A stretch of DNA of 64,000 nt from Escherichia phage RB3, in the sequence record KM606994, one strand, 5' to 3'. The notes beneath the pieces are model-generated. The model searched no databases, was not told the origin of the DNA, and saw only the letters and a program-made list of their open reading frames with translations. A program made the translations under genes and the position numbers. Each line of letters starts with the position of its first letter. Within the stretch, counting starts at the first letter, position 1. Below, in pieces: positions 20,220 through 31,694 of the stretch.

Positions 20220-21058
20220 TAGAATGCTCCTTGGAAAATATTATCACCACTAGTAGGTCTATTATACAAATACCCTATGCCGCCAGGTTTAATATAGTTC
20301 CATGTCTGAAACGGATGTGTCTGATATGGATGATATAGATGATTATAAGGATTAAACCCAGGAGTTCTCCAGGTAGTGTTCCAAGGAAAAGAATCGTTTT
20401 TGATCATCTTCTCAATTACATCTTTTATAACTTTTTCACTATCAAAACTTTCTTTATTTTCCTTCGATGGAAAAAGCTTATTCTCTACATCATTCCATGT
20501 ATAAACTCGCTGTGCAGTTTTTGGAATACTGTCACGCTCCCCTCGAACCATCCAATAAACAGGAACATTTAATATTTCACTCGCGTGATCGCAATGGTGA
20601 GCGAGATCGTCAATATAACAAATTACGTTATATTTCTCTTTTGCCTTTTTGAACAACTCTTCTTTTGAAGAATCATGACTACACATCAGTACTTCTGAGA
20701 AGGCACCAGGAAAAAGAGCATTCAAATTAAATTGACGATTCAGCAGAGCGTCAATAGAATCACCCAATGCTGTAACAGCTACAAAATTATAATCTTCTTT
20801 TAATTTGTTAATTACACACAGGGCATCTTTATATGGAGACAAGTAACGAATAAAATCTGAACGATTGTATTTTTCAATTAACTTGACGCCAAGTTCTTCA
20901 TCACAATTAAAGAGTTTACCAGGAGAAATAAATTTCTCATCTTGGATCATTTTTAAAATATGTTCTAACGGAAGATTATATTTCTGAGCAAAATAAGGAA
21001 GGCCTGATTGCCAGCTTAAACATACTCCATCAATATCAGTTAAAATAGTAGGCTTCAT
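20219..21058 (-). CDS. HAD-superfamily hydrolase, 5'(3')-deoxyribonucleotidase-like (30.2 position)
   Basis: 279 aa; N-terminal DIDGV motif typical of HAD motif I. Confidence 0.55.
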   Translation of the reverse strand: MKPTILTDIDGVCLSWQSGLPYFAQKYNLPLEHILKMIQDEKFISPGKLFNCDEELGVKLIEKYNRSDFIRYLSPYKDALCVINKLKEDYNFVAVTALGDSIDALLNRQFNLNALFPGAFSEVLMCSHDSSKEELFKKAKEKYNVICYIDDLAHHCDHASEILNVPVYWMVRGERDSIPKTAQRVYTWNDVENKLFPSKENKESFDSEKVIKDVIEKMIKNDSFPWNTTWRTPGFNPYNHLYHPYQTHPFQTWNYIKPGGIGYLYNRPTSGDNIFQGAF

Positions 21059-21519
21059 AGAGAGTCTCTTAATAGGTTTAACACATCAATAAATTCAGCT
21101 TCAGTTAGTATTGTATCATCTTTTGTTAGACCACTAGCCATGCTGTGCTTCAAAACTTTTCCTTTCGAGGCTTGTAATGCATCACGAAAGCCCTTGTTTT
21201 GGATCGCTGCTTCAAAATATGCATTTGTATACAGCTCTTTCCACGCCGGGGAGTATCTTGAAAACGGAACTCCAATCCAGAAGAGGGTCCCACGGTCCTG
21301 AGCTCTAGCATAAGACCTTCCAGCTTGTTGGGCGGCAAGCCCGGATAACCCAAATATACGACGTTGTTGTTCAACATTTTTCACCTTGCATCCTTGGAGG
21401 AATCCTTCAAGACCTCCAAATTGAATACCATCCATAACGAAAGGCCATTGGGCGAAATTACTTAATGCACATGATGGCCACCTAAAATTGTTTCTAATCT
21501 CTAACTCAGACATTTTCAA
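21055..21519 (-). CDS. NADAR / YbiA-like (DUF1768) family protein (30.3 position)
   Basis: 154 aa; ALSNFAQWPF...DG...FGGLEGFLQGCK resembles the YbiA signature DFSNFAAWPI...DG...SEHYFQAQK. Confidence 0.55.
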   Translation of the reverse strand: MKMSELEIRNNFRWPSCALSNFAQWPFVMDGIQFGGLEGFLQGCKVKNVEQQRRIFGLSGLAAQQAGRSYARAQDRGTLFWIGVPFSRYSPAWKELYTNAYFEAAIQNKGFRDALQASKGKVLKHSMASGLTKDDTILTEAEFIDVLNLLRDSL

Positions 21520-21712
21520 TGCTTATAATTTCAACATCAGCCCAATGACCATAGCAAGGAAGACGAAATTCAACTGGCCAGTTAGGGTCCTTTTCTAATA
21601 TAATAGACTTAACTTGTGGTTCTTCATGTTCATCAGTATATGGATTTTTATCTGTTACTTTATATGTGACCTTAATGTACTGAATTCCAAAAATCTTATT
21701 AATTATATTCAT
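21506..21712 (-). CDS. hypothetical protein
   Basis: ORF track 68 aa in the 30.x early cluster. Confidence 0.45.
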   Translation of the reverse strand: MNIINKIFGIQYIKVTYKVTDKNPYTDEHEEPQVKSIILEKDPNWPVEFRLPCYGHWADVEIISIENV

Positions 21713-21906
21713 ACTAGTTCCTTTAATCCGTAAATAGGAGATAATTCATCACCCATACGAAGGTCTTCATTTCCATCTACCCAGGAAACAATATAAGCCT
21801 CTTTTATTTGAACACCACTCCATTTAAATGGAGGTAGAACCTTAGAAATTAATCCAGGTATACCAACTCCCTTTAATTCAACAGTTTGACCTAAAAAGAA
21901 TTTCAT
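21709..21906 (-). CDS. hypothetical protein
   Basis: ORF track 65 aa, ATG start. Confidence 0.45.
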   Translation of the reverse strand: MKFFLGQTVELKGVGIPGLISKVLPPFKWSGVQIKEAYIVSWVDGNEDLRMGDELSPIYGLKELV

Positions 21907-22193
21907 TAGAACCTCATCTGAAAACCGTGCGATTTAACATTACCGCCACCAATATCAGAGATATTAATTTCGCGCGCAATTGAAGGGTCAATGTCAATTT
22001 CGCGATTGAGTTTAGTGATAGCTAAAGTATCGCGCCCATTTACAGTACGAAACTCTAAAGGACAAACCACATCAACATAGTTTTTAATCGATTCGCTAGT
22101 AGGTTGCAAATGTGCAGGAAGGTCTTTAGGCGCCTTTGAGAAAACTACTTCGCAGAAGTTTTTACGGGTATCAAAATAAGTAGTCATAAACAT
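21906..22193 (-). CDS. hypothetical protein
   Basis: ORF track start is TTG upstream of an intercistronic hairpin; first ATG (Met18) used. Confidence 0.4.
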   Translation of the reverse strand: MFMTTYFDTRKNFCEVVFSKAPKDLPAHLQPTSESIKNYVDVVCPLEFRTVNGRDTLAITKLNREIDIDPSIAREINISDIGGGNVKSHGFQMRF

Positions 22194-22233
22194 AACATTT
22201 TCCTCAGTAAGGGGCCAAAGCCCCTCATTTATT

Positions 22234-22599
22234 TTAAATATCAAATTCGTTAAGAACTACATCAAAGATTGCTTCAAGATGCTCAGGTTTAGCTCTGTTA
22301 CTCAGAATATGACGAATCCAAGTTTTAACCAAAAGCTTGCGATTAGCACCATTCCAGCAAGGATGAGTCCCTAAATCACGTTGACGAAAATCATCATCCA
22401 GAGCGATTTTGAAGTTTGAACCTTCCATTGTGATTGAAACCGTGATGCCATTTTCAAATCGCATATAAACGTAGTTAGGAGTCATATACTGTTCAATTTC
22501 GCATACTGATCCATTTTGATGTTTCCAAAGGCAGATGGTATCAATAGAACCTGCAATACCATTAGAAACATATTTACGTTCAAAGTTGATGTAGTTCAT
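22234..22599 (-). CDS. hypothetical protein
   Basis: ORF track start is TTG; ATG at Met5 with GGAG SD and an early promoter upstream. Confidence 0.5.
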   Translation of the reverse strand: MNYINFERKYVSNGIAGSIDTICLWKHQNGSVCEIEQYMTPNYVYMRFENGITVSITMEGSNFKIALDDDFRQRDLGTHPCWNGANRKLLVKTWIRHILSNRAKPEHLEAIFDVVLNEFDI

Positions 22600-22635
22600 T
22601 TTATTCTCCAAGATGTTTAATTGCGGTACAGGTAT

Positions 22636-22664
22636 ATAATATCATATCCTGCACCAAAGTAAAC
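22636..22664 (-). promoter_or_regulatory. T4-type early promoter
   Basis: GTTTAC-17 nt-TATTAT on minus strand. Confidence 0.55.
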
Positions 22665-22666
22665 AA

Positions 22667-22999
22667 TTATTTTACTACTTTCCAATGCTGCATGTCAAGT
22701 TTACCAACTTTTTTCATCTTCTCAATTAAGCGTTCGGCACGTTGGCGAGCTGTAACATAATACCATTCACCTAATTCATTTTGTTCAATTTTTCCAACGA
22801 TTACTGTATTTAATTCATAAATCCAACCAGTAAAGAAATTATGAACTTGAATTGTAAAGGTGAAATCTGTTCCCATACCTTCTGTTGTTTCTACTTCAAT
22901 AATATCACCTTCAACTGCCATTAAGAACCACATAGTTTCATCATATTTACCATTGAAGCATTTAGTTTTAACTGCAGCGTTCAGATTAATCGTTTTCAT
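22667..22999 (-). CDS. hypothetical protein
   Basis: ORF track 110 aa; early promoter and AAGGAG SD upstream. Confidence 0.5.
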   Translation of the reverse strand: MKTINLNAAVKTKCFNGKYDETMWFLMAVEGDIIEVETTEGMGTDFTFTIQVHNFFTGWIYELNTVIVGKIEQNELGEWYYVTARQRAERLIEKMKKVGKLDMQHWKVVK

Positions 23000-23036
23000 T
23001 TTATTCTCCTTTGTTTGTGTAAGATAATACTATCAC

Positions 23037-23066
23037 AAAGGAGCTATACTGTAAACAACTTTATGC
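23037..23066 (-). promoter_or_regulatory. T4-type early promoter
   Basis: GTTTAC-18 nt-TAGTAT on minus strand, then AAGGAG SD. Confidence 0.55.
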
Positions 23067-23085
23067 AATCTTTGGAAAATAAAAA

Positions 23086-23114
23086 AGGACTCCCGAAGGA
23101 GTCCTCAACTTATG
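23086..23114 (-). terminator. intrinsic terminator downstream of the small basic protein gene
   Basis: GGACUCC-UUCG-GGAGUCC followed by TTTTTTATTTT on minus strand. Confidence 0.7.
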
Positions 23115-23286
23115 CTTTCTGCTTACCAAAACGAGAAGCATCATCTCGAAGAACCGCACGCGCTCGGCGCATGATCTTCTCAACAGTTTGATTGATACGA
23201 GAGTTCGACCCACGCTTGTAGCCAGCGCGTTTAGAATCACCAACTTTCTTTTCAACTGCTTTCTTTGCTTTAACTTGTTTTGCCAT
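23110..23286 (-). CDS. small highly basic protein (possibly nucleic-acid binding)
   Basis: MAKQVKAKKAVEKKVGDSKRAGYKRG..., 58 aa from the internal ATG; terminator immediately downstream; start uncertain (track start 23328). Confidence 0.4.
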   Translation of the reverse strand: MAKQVKAKKAVEKKVGDSKRAGYKRGSNSRINQTVEKIMRRARAVLRDDASRFGKQKA

Positions 23287-23531
23287 TATAAATTCTCTTT
23301 TAAATGAAAATGCAGGACTTATTGGCATTGCCTGCGCAAGCCCTCAAGGGGAACATAGGTTTTTGGATATTTAACGACCAGGATAACCATAAACCCGTCA
23401 TCATTCACATTCAAGAGGTACACCGTAAAACTGCCGAGGTCTTAAAACTATAATGATTCGCAAATCATTAATCAGACAGTTCGACGGCTCCTCGATTTTA
23501 GCTCACACTAAGGTAGTGAATCTCCAATAAA

Positions 23532-23780
23532 TTACTTCAATGTTACCACAAAGTGACGAACTGCTTTTCGTGCAGCAGAAGCCAGAGGCTTAGCATATTT
23601 AAGTTCATCTTTTTCCTGAAGCTCAGCAGCTAATGCAGTTTGAGCAGGATTCAGATGTTTGAAATAACGCAGGATTTCAAGAGCTTCGGCTTCAACATCA
23701 ATAGATGCGCCATAGTTTTCGTGACCATTATTCCATGCGTTTCGTTGCAGTTCAAGAGCGTGTTGTAATTGTTTAATCAT
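23532..23780 (-). CDS. rIII: rIII lysis inhibition accessory protein
   Basis: 82 aa, equal to T4 RIII; position between 31 and the 30.x cluster. Confidence 0.7.
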   Translation of the reverse strand: MIKQLQHALELQRNAWNNGHENYGASIDVEAEALEILRYFKHLNPAQTALAAELQEKDELKYAKPLASAARKAVRHFVVTLK

Positions 23781-23927
23781 TTAAAAATTCTCGTTAGAGA
23801 TTAAAACTCGGTAGTCACGTTCTTCTGAATTTCATCTTCTTTCGACAGATCTCTCAGTTGTAGACTACCACATAGAATTGTTCGGTTAACTTATTATTCC
23901 GACACCCAATTCATATTATTATTTATA

Positions 23928-24263
23928 TCACTTATAAAGACATGGAATAGCTTTATAGTGGCAAGTGACGAATTTTTGTTTAATTTCTTTTGGCTGCTTA
24001 AGACCCAGAGCTACAAAAGGATGCGGAACGTTTCGAATTTGACCAACTGGAAGAGAAGTCAAATCACCAACTTCGCAGAAACCTTCAGGAACATCAGGAC
24101 CAACAGAGTGAACTACACACAGTTCAGGAACTTCACCTTGAACACGTTTACCGATAATAAGTCCTGATTCTGTAACTTCTTCATCACCAGCTTGTGCAGG
24201 TTCAGAAACTAAAATAACATATTCACCGACAGCACGAATTGGTAGCTGTTGTACTTCAGACAT
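23928..24263 (-). CDS. 31: gp31 co-chaperonin (GroES analogue)
   Basis: 111 aa, equal to T4 gp31; MotA-type middle promoter upstream. Confidence 0.9.
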
Positions 24264-24293
24264 CGTTTTTCCTTTTTGTTAACAGATGAATTA

Positions 24294-24320
24294 ATAATAA
24301 CAAATAATTCTTAAAGCATT
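24294..24320 (-). promoter_or_regulatory. MotA-dependent middle promoter of gene 31
   Basis: Minus strand AATGCTTTA (MotA box), 12 nt, TATTAT. Confidence 0.55.
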
Positions 24321-24628
24321 TATTTACCAATAAATTGGAGTAAATGCTCAACTTTCATACCATTAACAGAAATCAATTTGTCAATAGAAAAACCTCGCCA
24401 TGCACCAAGCTCAACATCAAATACTGGAATCATGTCAGTAGATTCTTTCCGAGTAGATTCAGTCAATTTGCCAGTTTGCATGGTTGGCATAAAGTCTGCA
24501 TCACGAGTACCTTTCATAACACGAATAGTACCATCAGACTTTTCAAAAACTACGTTTGAAACACCCATGGACAATTTAGTTTTCAAAATTTCGCGAATTG
24601 CTACTTTTTGTTCAGTCGTCAGTTTCAT
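24320..24628 (-). CDS. hypothetical protein (31.1 position)
   Basis: ORF track 102 aa. Confidence 0.5.
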   Translation of the reverse strand: MKLTTEQKVAIREILKTKLSMGVSNVVFEKSDGTIRVMKGTRDADFMPTMQTGKLTESTRKESTDMIPVFDVELGAWRGFSIDKLISVNGMKVEHLLQFIGK

Positions 24629-24865
24629 TTATTTACCTATTACAGTTTTAATATGAGTTGTTCCACGTTCTTTAAGGGTGGAAAGTAATTTTTGGCATTT
24701 TTCTAAATCAGATTTCCAACTATACGGTCTATCAATACTAGTCCAATCAGTTTTATAATACTGTTTCCATTTAGAGAAAAAATATTTCTTATACTCTACA
24801 GCAAATGAGATGTTCTCGTTAGAATAAGAACTAATTGCTGTGAGCTTTACCAAACGAAATTTCAT
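24629..24865 (-). CDS. hypothetical protein (31.2 position)
   Basis: ORF track 78 aa. Confidence 0.5.
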   Translation of the reverse strand: MKFRLVKLTAISSYSNENISFAVEYKKYFFSKWKQYYKTDWTSIDRPYSWKSDLEKCQKLLSTLKERGTTHIKTVIGK

Positions 24866-25446
24866 TATTCACCACAGAATTCGTTGATATTTTCCCAGTT
24901 TAACTTATTCAAGTTTTTCTTAGGAACATTAAACACTTCAATACCTGCATTTCGCAGAATATCATCCCAACCAGGTTTATTTTTGTCGTATGTTTCGCAA
25001 TAAACCAGTTTTTTAATTCCAGATTGAGCTATCGCTTTTGCGCAATCCGGACATGGAGAAAGTGTTACATACATAGTAGCACCTTCAATAGAAGAACCAT
25101 TTCGTGCAGCAAACAAAATTGCATTTAGTTCAGCATGAATTTCATTTTTAGATGACCATTCCGAGTGAGCACTACGGTGTTCTTTCGCCAAAACAAAACG
25201 ATCAGTTGAACCAAATGATACGCATTCAGGCTTATGACCTTGAATGATAGTATGTTTAGGCTTATTCAACAACCAACCTCGCTCAGCAGCATAATCACAA
25301 CAGTTCACACCTCCTGCGGGTGAACCATTATACCCAGTAGAAATAATACGTCCATTCTTTTCAATTACTGCTCCTACCTTCCAGGAGCAACATTTTGATT
25401 CCTGTGATACTAAATATGCAATTTGAAGTACTGTACTCGCTTTCAT
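24865..25446 (-). CDS. cd: dCMP deaminase
   Basis: 193 aa; zinc-binding HAELNA and PCPDCA motifs. Confidence 0.9.
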   Translation of the reverse strand: MKASTVLQIAYLVSQESKCCSWKVGAVIEKNGRIISTGYNGSPAGGVNCCDYAAERGWLLNKPKHTIIQGHKPECVSFGSTDRFVLAKEHRSAHSEWSSKNEIHAELNAILFAARNGSSIEGATMYVTLSPCPDCAKAIAQSGIKKLVYCETYDKNKPGWDDILRNAGIEVFNVPKKNLNKLNWENINEFCGE

Positions 25447-25781
25447 TTCATAATCACCAGATAAGCAGATTTAGCAGTTTCAACACGATAAATTTCGTGA
25501 CGAAGTTTAGTTATACTTTTAATAACAGAACTAATTATATTCTGCCCATCTTTAAAGCGGTTTTTCTTATCAATAAAAACTGCGCCAGTCATCTTTTTGT
25601 GAAGCTCAACTGGATACTTCGTCACAATAATCGCATCATACACAGAAGGATGAATACTATTCACCAGAGTATCATTCATTAAAGTTATTCTAATGAACTG
25701 TGCTGTTTCAGAATCAAGCGCTCTATGATCGCCAGTATCATTTTCAAGACAATTATCAATTATATCAGTTAAATTCATCAT
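25443..25781 (-). CDS. hypothetical protein
   Basis: ORF track 112 aa. Confidence 0.5.
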   Translation of the reverse strand: MMNLTDIIDNCLENDTGDHRALDSETAQFIRITLMNDTLVNSIHPSVYDAIIVTKYPVELHKKMTGAVFIDKKNRFKDGQNIISSVIKSITKLRHEIYRVETAKSAYLVIMK

Positions 25782-26014
25782 AGTACGCCATACACCCTTT
25801 GTGCTTCAACTAATCCATCAAAATCCAGTTTAAGATGCGATATTTGATCGCCATCACCTGGATTCACAATTACTAATACTGAACGAGGAGTTTCGGTAAT
25901 AACACGAACCGATGTTTCAGGAAATCGTTCAGAAACCTTATTTACTAATTCCTGTGCAAATAGTTTAACTTTTTCTTGGAATTCTTTAACAGTAATTGGT
26001 TTTTCACTTAGCAT
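25778..26014 (-). CDS. hypothetical protein
   Basis: ORF track 78 aa. Confidence 0.5.
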   Translation of the reverse strand: MLSEKPITVKEFQEKVKLFAQELVNKVSERFPETSVRVITETPRSVLVIVNPGDGDQISHLKLDFDGLVEAQRVYGVL

Positions 26015-26535
26015 GTTGATCCCAGCTCCTTACTTTCAACGTTTTTAACTAATTTGACAGAAACTAATTCAGCATCTTGGGTAATCATTACCGGACCTTC
26101 TTCATACTCTTCAAGATATTCTAGAGCTTTCTTTTTAGCTTCTTCCTTCGTATCAGTTTGAGCATAGATATAGAACATACAACCAGTAATACCTACTACT
26201 TTCCACTTAATTTCTTTATCAGTTTTAATTTCAAATTTACTTACAGAATCATCTTTTTGAACTTCTTCGAAAAAAGAATATTCTAACATATAAGCAATTG
26301 AAAATAACGGGCTAACTTTATAGGATTCACCCATTACATCAACAGCTTTATACCAGCAGTCATCAATTTCGCGTTTAATGCTAATAACATTTTTCGCAGG
26401 ATCTATTTTTACTTTAAATGAATTTTCCCCAATAAACTGGGCAATTCGTTTATTAGCCCCGCAAGTTTCATTAAAAATATCTTTATATCCAGCTTTAAAG
26501 CGATAAACCTTATCTTCTTCAAACCATTCGCTCAT
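26008..26535 (-). CDS. hypothetical protein
   Basis: ORF track 175 aa; early promoter plus GAGGAAATTGAA-ATG upstream. Confidence 0.5.
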   Translation of the reverse strand: MSEWFEEDKVYRFKAGYKDIFNETCGANKRIAQFIGENSFKVKIDPAKNVISIKREIDDCWYKAVDVMGESYKVSPLFSIAYMLEYSFFEEVQKDDSVSKFEIKTDKEIKWKVVGITGCMFYIYAQTDTKEEAKKKALEYLEEYEEGPVMITQDAELVSVKLVKNVESKELGSTC

Positions 26536-26565
26536 TTCAATTTCCTCATTTGTTTTGGTAGAGCT

Positions 26566-26595
26566 ATAATATCACAACTCTACCGTAAAGTAAAC
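26566..26595 (-). promoter_or_regulatory. T4-type early promoter
   Basis: GTTTAC-18 nt-TATTAT on minus strand. Confidence 0.55.
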
Positions 26596-26597
26596 CA

Positions 26598-26873
26598 TTA
26601 AATCGCTTTGAATTCCGCAGTTTGAGATTCAAAACGAATGTCGCCTTTGATAACTAGCTCAGCATCAAGACCAAATACGACAATGATATGCGCGGAACCT
26701 GGATACAACGTGATGGCAACAGAATCCACCTGGTCTGGAAGCAAAGTATTCAATACATGAGTTACTTGAGCGTGGATTCGAAGCTCAGCTGCATTATCAA
26801 GTTTTTCAAACATATTATTAGCTATAATTTGGCTAAACACTACTTCTACGATTTTAGAGTAAGTCGGAAACAT
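26598..26873 (-). CDS. hypothetical protein
   Basis: ORF track 91 aa. Confidence 0.5.
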   Translation of the reverse strand: MFPTYSKIVEVVFSQIIANNMFEKLDNAAELRIHAQVTHVLNTLLPDQVDSVAITLYPGSAHIIVVFGLDAELVIKGDIRFESQTAEFKAI

Positions 26874-26937
26874 ATTTACCTCACATAATTTTCTTCAAGC
26901 CAATTAATAATATCCCAAGTTTCATGGTGCAAAGCCA

Positions 26938-28141
<1,204 letters not shown>

Positions 28142-28145
<4 letters not shown>

Positions 28146-28378
28146 TTATTTTTCTCAACCAATGATTGAATATAATCATGCAGGTCTTTAGATGCTTTAC
28201 CCCACTTATTTTGATATTCATTTTTGAGATTAGCACGTGATTGAGCTAATAAAACATCATTAGTTGGAGGTAAAGATTCTAATCGTTGAATCTGGCGACC
28301 ATAAATCATTGCAGCCATCTCGGATTCATAAATCAATTCTTTGAGATGTTCAAATTGATGCCATGAAATCATTTGCAT
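28142..28378 (-). CDS. hypothetical protein
   Basis: ORF track 78 aa. Confidence 0.45.
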
Positions 28379-28668
28379 TTATCCTCTTTTAGCTCTTGAC
28401 GATAATAACATATCATAGTTTTTTGGTCATGTACATATCGTTTTACATCATTAAGCCAAATACGAAATTCCTGGGAATCTTCAAATGGCATACCGACCCA
28501 AGCTTTACCATCAATAACTTTAACTTTCCAAGATAGTTTAGCTTCATCATATGACTTTATTTGCACAGGCCAATTAGGATGAACTGTTTCTTTCTTTACT
28601 TCTAGAGGCTTTGTCGAACAACCAACTAGAAGACCAATAGATAATATTACTGCTGATAGTTTAATCAT
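28369..28668 (-). CDS. outer-membrane lipoprotein, o-spanin candidate
   Basis: 99 aa; signal peptide with lipobox LVGC; follows and overlaps the i-spanin candidate. Confidence 0.6.
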   Translation of the reverse strand: MIKLSAVILSIGLLVGCSTKPLEVKKETVHPNWPVQIKSYDEAKLSWKVKVIDGKAWVGMPFEDSQEFRIWLNDVKRYVHDQKTMICYYRQELKEDKCK

Positions 28669-29018
28669 TTAGAAAGGTCCTGGATGTCTTCTGCGAACTT
28701 GTTGAAGGAGTTGTTGATTTGTTTTTCAACCAATCCTGGCTTATGAGCCACCACATCCGCCTTCTTTGCATCTTTGCGCAGTTTTTCATTTTCACGCTCA
28801 ATAGCAGCAATTGCCTCACGATTTTTATTATTCATCGCATCAATATAATTATACTGAATTCGCAAATTATTTAATGCTAAAGCGTTTTCATTGGCCGTTT
28901 TTGTAATTTCAGTAACTGATGTTTCTAATCTTTCTACCTTATTTTTTAAAATAATAGATGTTCCGCCAAATGCTATTACAAGTAATAGCAATCCAGCTGT
29001 AAAATTACTTACATGCAT
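28665..29018 (-). CDS. inner-membrane spanin subunit (i-spanin) candidate
   Basis: 117 aa; one N-terminal TM segment then charged coiled-coil periplasmic domain. Confidence 0.6.
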   Translation of the reverse strand: MHVSNFTAGLLLLVIAFGGTSIILKNKVERLETSVTEITKTANENALALNNLRIQYNYIDAMNNKNREAIAAIERENEKLRKDAKKADVVAHKPGLVEKQINNSFNKFAEDIQDLSK

Positions 29019-29515
29019 AAAGTTTTAATAACCTCTATAATATCGTCTTGAGAAAGACCGTTAATTAAAATATGATGTTCAGCTGGAGATTTAGAAATTT
29101 TAAAGCATGCCTCAACATCTTCTGCCATATCCGATGCACTACGATTTGGATTACTAATACCAAGGCGGTGTTTTCCCGTCAAAGGATTAACGATGATATA
29201 GCATTTGCAGTTATTGATATGAACATTGGGTTGAGTCTGATTAATGAACACTTCACAATCATACTTAGCGAGTTGATTTTCTAAAAAGACTTTCATCTCT
29301 TCAACCGCATCAGGAAGCATATCACGGGCTTGCTCAAGACGACGATTTCGATATTCTTTAATGGTCGTTTTCCGCTTGACTTGCTTAGCTAAATCTTTCT
29401 TAAGATCAGTGATATATCCAACTCGACGATTTCCTTTGAATACAGAAATCCCATCTGTAGTATCACCGTATGCTTCAACGACCATTTCAGTAGTAATAAG
29501 TTGTAAATCCATCAT
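29009..29515 (-). CDS. alc: Alc transcription terminator (host transcription shutoff)
   Basis: 168/167 aa; early promoter plus GAGGA SD upstream; between pseT cluster and rnlA as in T4. Confidence 0.8.
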   Translation of the reverse strand: MMDLQLITTEMVVEAYGDTTDGISVFKGNRRVGYITDLKKDLAKQVKRKTTIKEYRNRRLEQARDMLPDAVEEMKVFLENQLAKYDCEVFINQTQPNVHINNCKCYIIVNPLTGKHRLGISNPNRSASDMAEDVEACFKISKSPAEHHILINGLSQDDIIEVIKTLCM

Positions 29516-29543
29516 AAAGTCCTCATGTTATGTCAGTAAGACT

Positions 29544-29573
29544 ACTGTAACACAACACGAGGGACTTGTAAAC
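29544..29573 (-). promoter_or_regulatory. T4-type early promoter of alc
   Basis: GTTTAC-18 nt-TACAGT on minus strand; same ~55-bp cassette as at 14046-14100. Confidence 0.6.
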
Positions 29574-29576
29574 AGC

Positions 29577-31164
<1,588 letters not shown>

Positions 31165-31187
31165 AATAAAATGGGCCTTGCGGCCCA
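31165..31187 (-). terminator. hairpin between nrdB and denA
   Basis: GGGCC-GCAA-GGCCC followed by ATTTTATT on minus strand. Confidence 0.45.
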
Positions 31188-31191
31188 CTCC

Positions 31192-31694
31192 TTAAAAGTA
31201 TTTTTTAAAACTCATCATAACTTTATCATCAACATCATTATCAATCTGTGCAACAAGGTAAGATGACAGTTCTACTTCTTGTGGCGCGGATTGAACATTA
31301 TCAGAATTAAGATATTCACGAATCCAAGGATATGGATGTTTAACCGGAGCATCGGTAATTGGGCATGGAAGACCACACTGTTTCATACGAGATACAGTTA
31401 AGTAATCAATAAAGCTCCACATGCTATTTGTATTTAATCCAGGAACATCGCCATCTTTAAATAAATGAACTGCCCAATCTTTTTCTTGGCGGTTAACTTC
31501 CATGAAAATATCAACTGCTTCTTGTTCACACTCTTGAGCAATTTTAACCCATTCATCACCATCAGTACCGGATTGAAGTTGACGAATAATATATTGAGTG
31601 CCTTTAAGGTGAAGCTGTTCATCGCGTGCAATGAACTTCATAATCTTGGCATTACCTTCCATGATTTCCATGTTCTTATGGAAGTTAAAGGTAC
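31192..31694 (-). CDS. nrdB: ribonucleotide reductase small subunit NrdB, exon 2
   Basis: In-frame continuation ...TFNFHKNMEIMEGNAKI... of NrdB; 3' splice site placed after the intron-terminal G at 31695. Confidence 0.75.

Noticed and set aside
21150-21377. 75-aa ORF overlapping the NADAR-like gene in another frame (T4 30.3'-like)
   Set aside because: No independent start signals seen; could be an annotated overlapping ORF in T4, but sequence alone does not support it
22212-22226. GGGGC-CAAA-GCCCC hairpin, one of several intercistronic GC stem-loops
   Set aside because: On the coding (minus) strand it has no following U-tract, so I did not call it a terminator; probably an RNA stability or processing hairpin
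23920-23927. Minus-strand TATAAATA ~140 nt upstream of rIII
   Set aside because: Distance to the start codon is long for a T4 late promoter; kept out of the feature list pending transcript mapping
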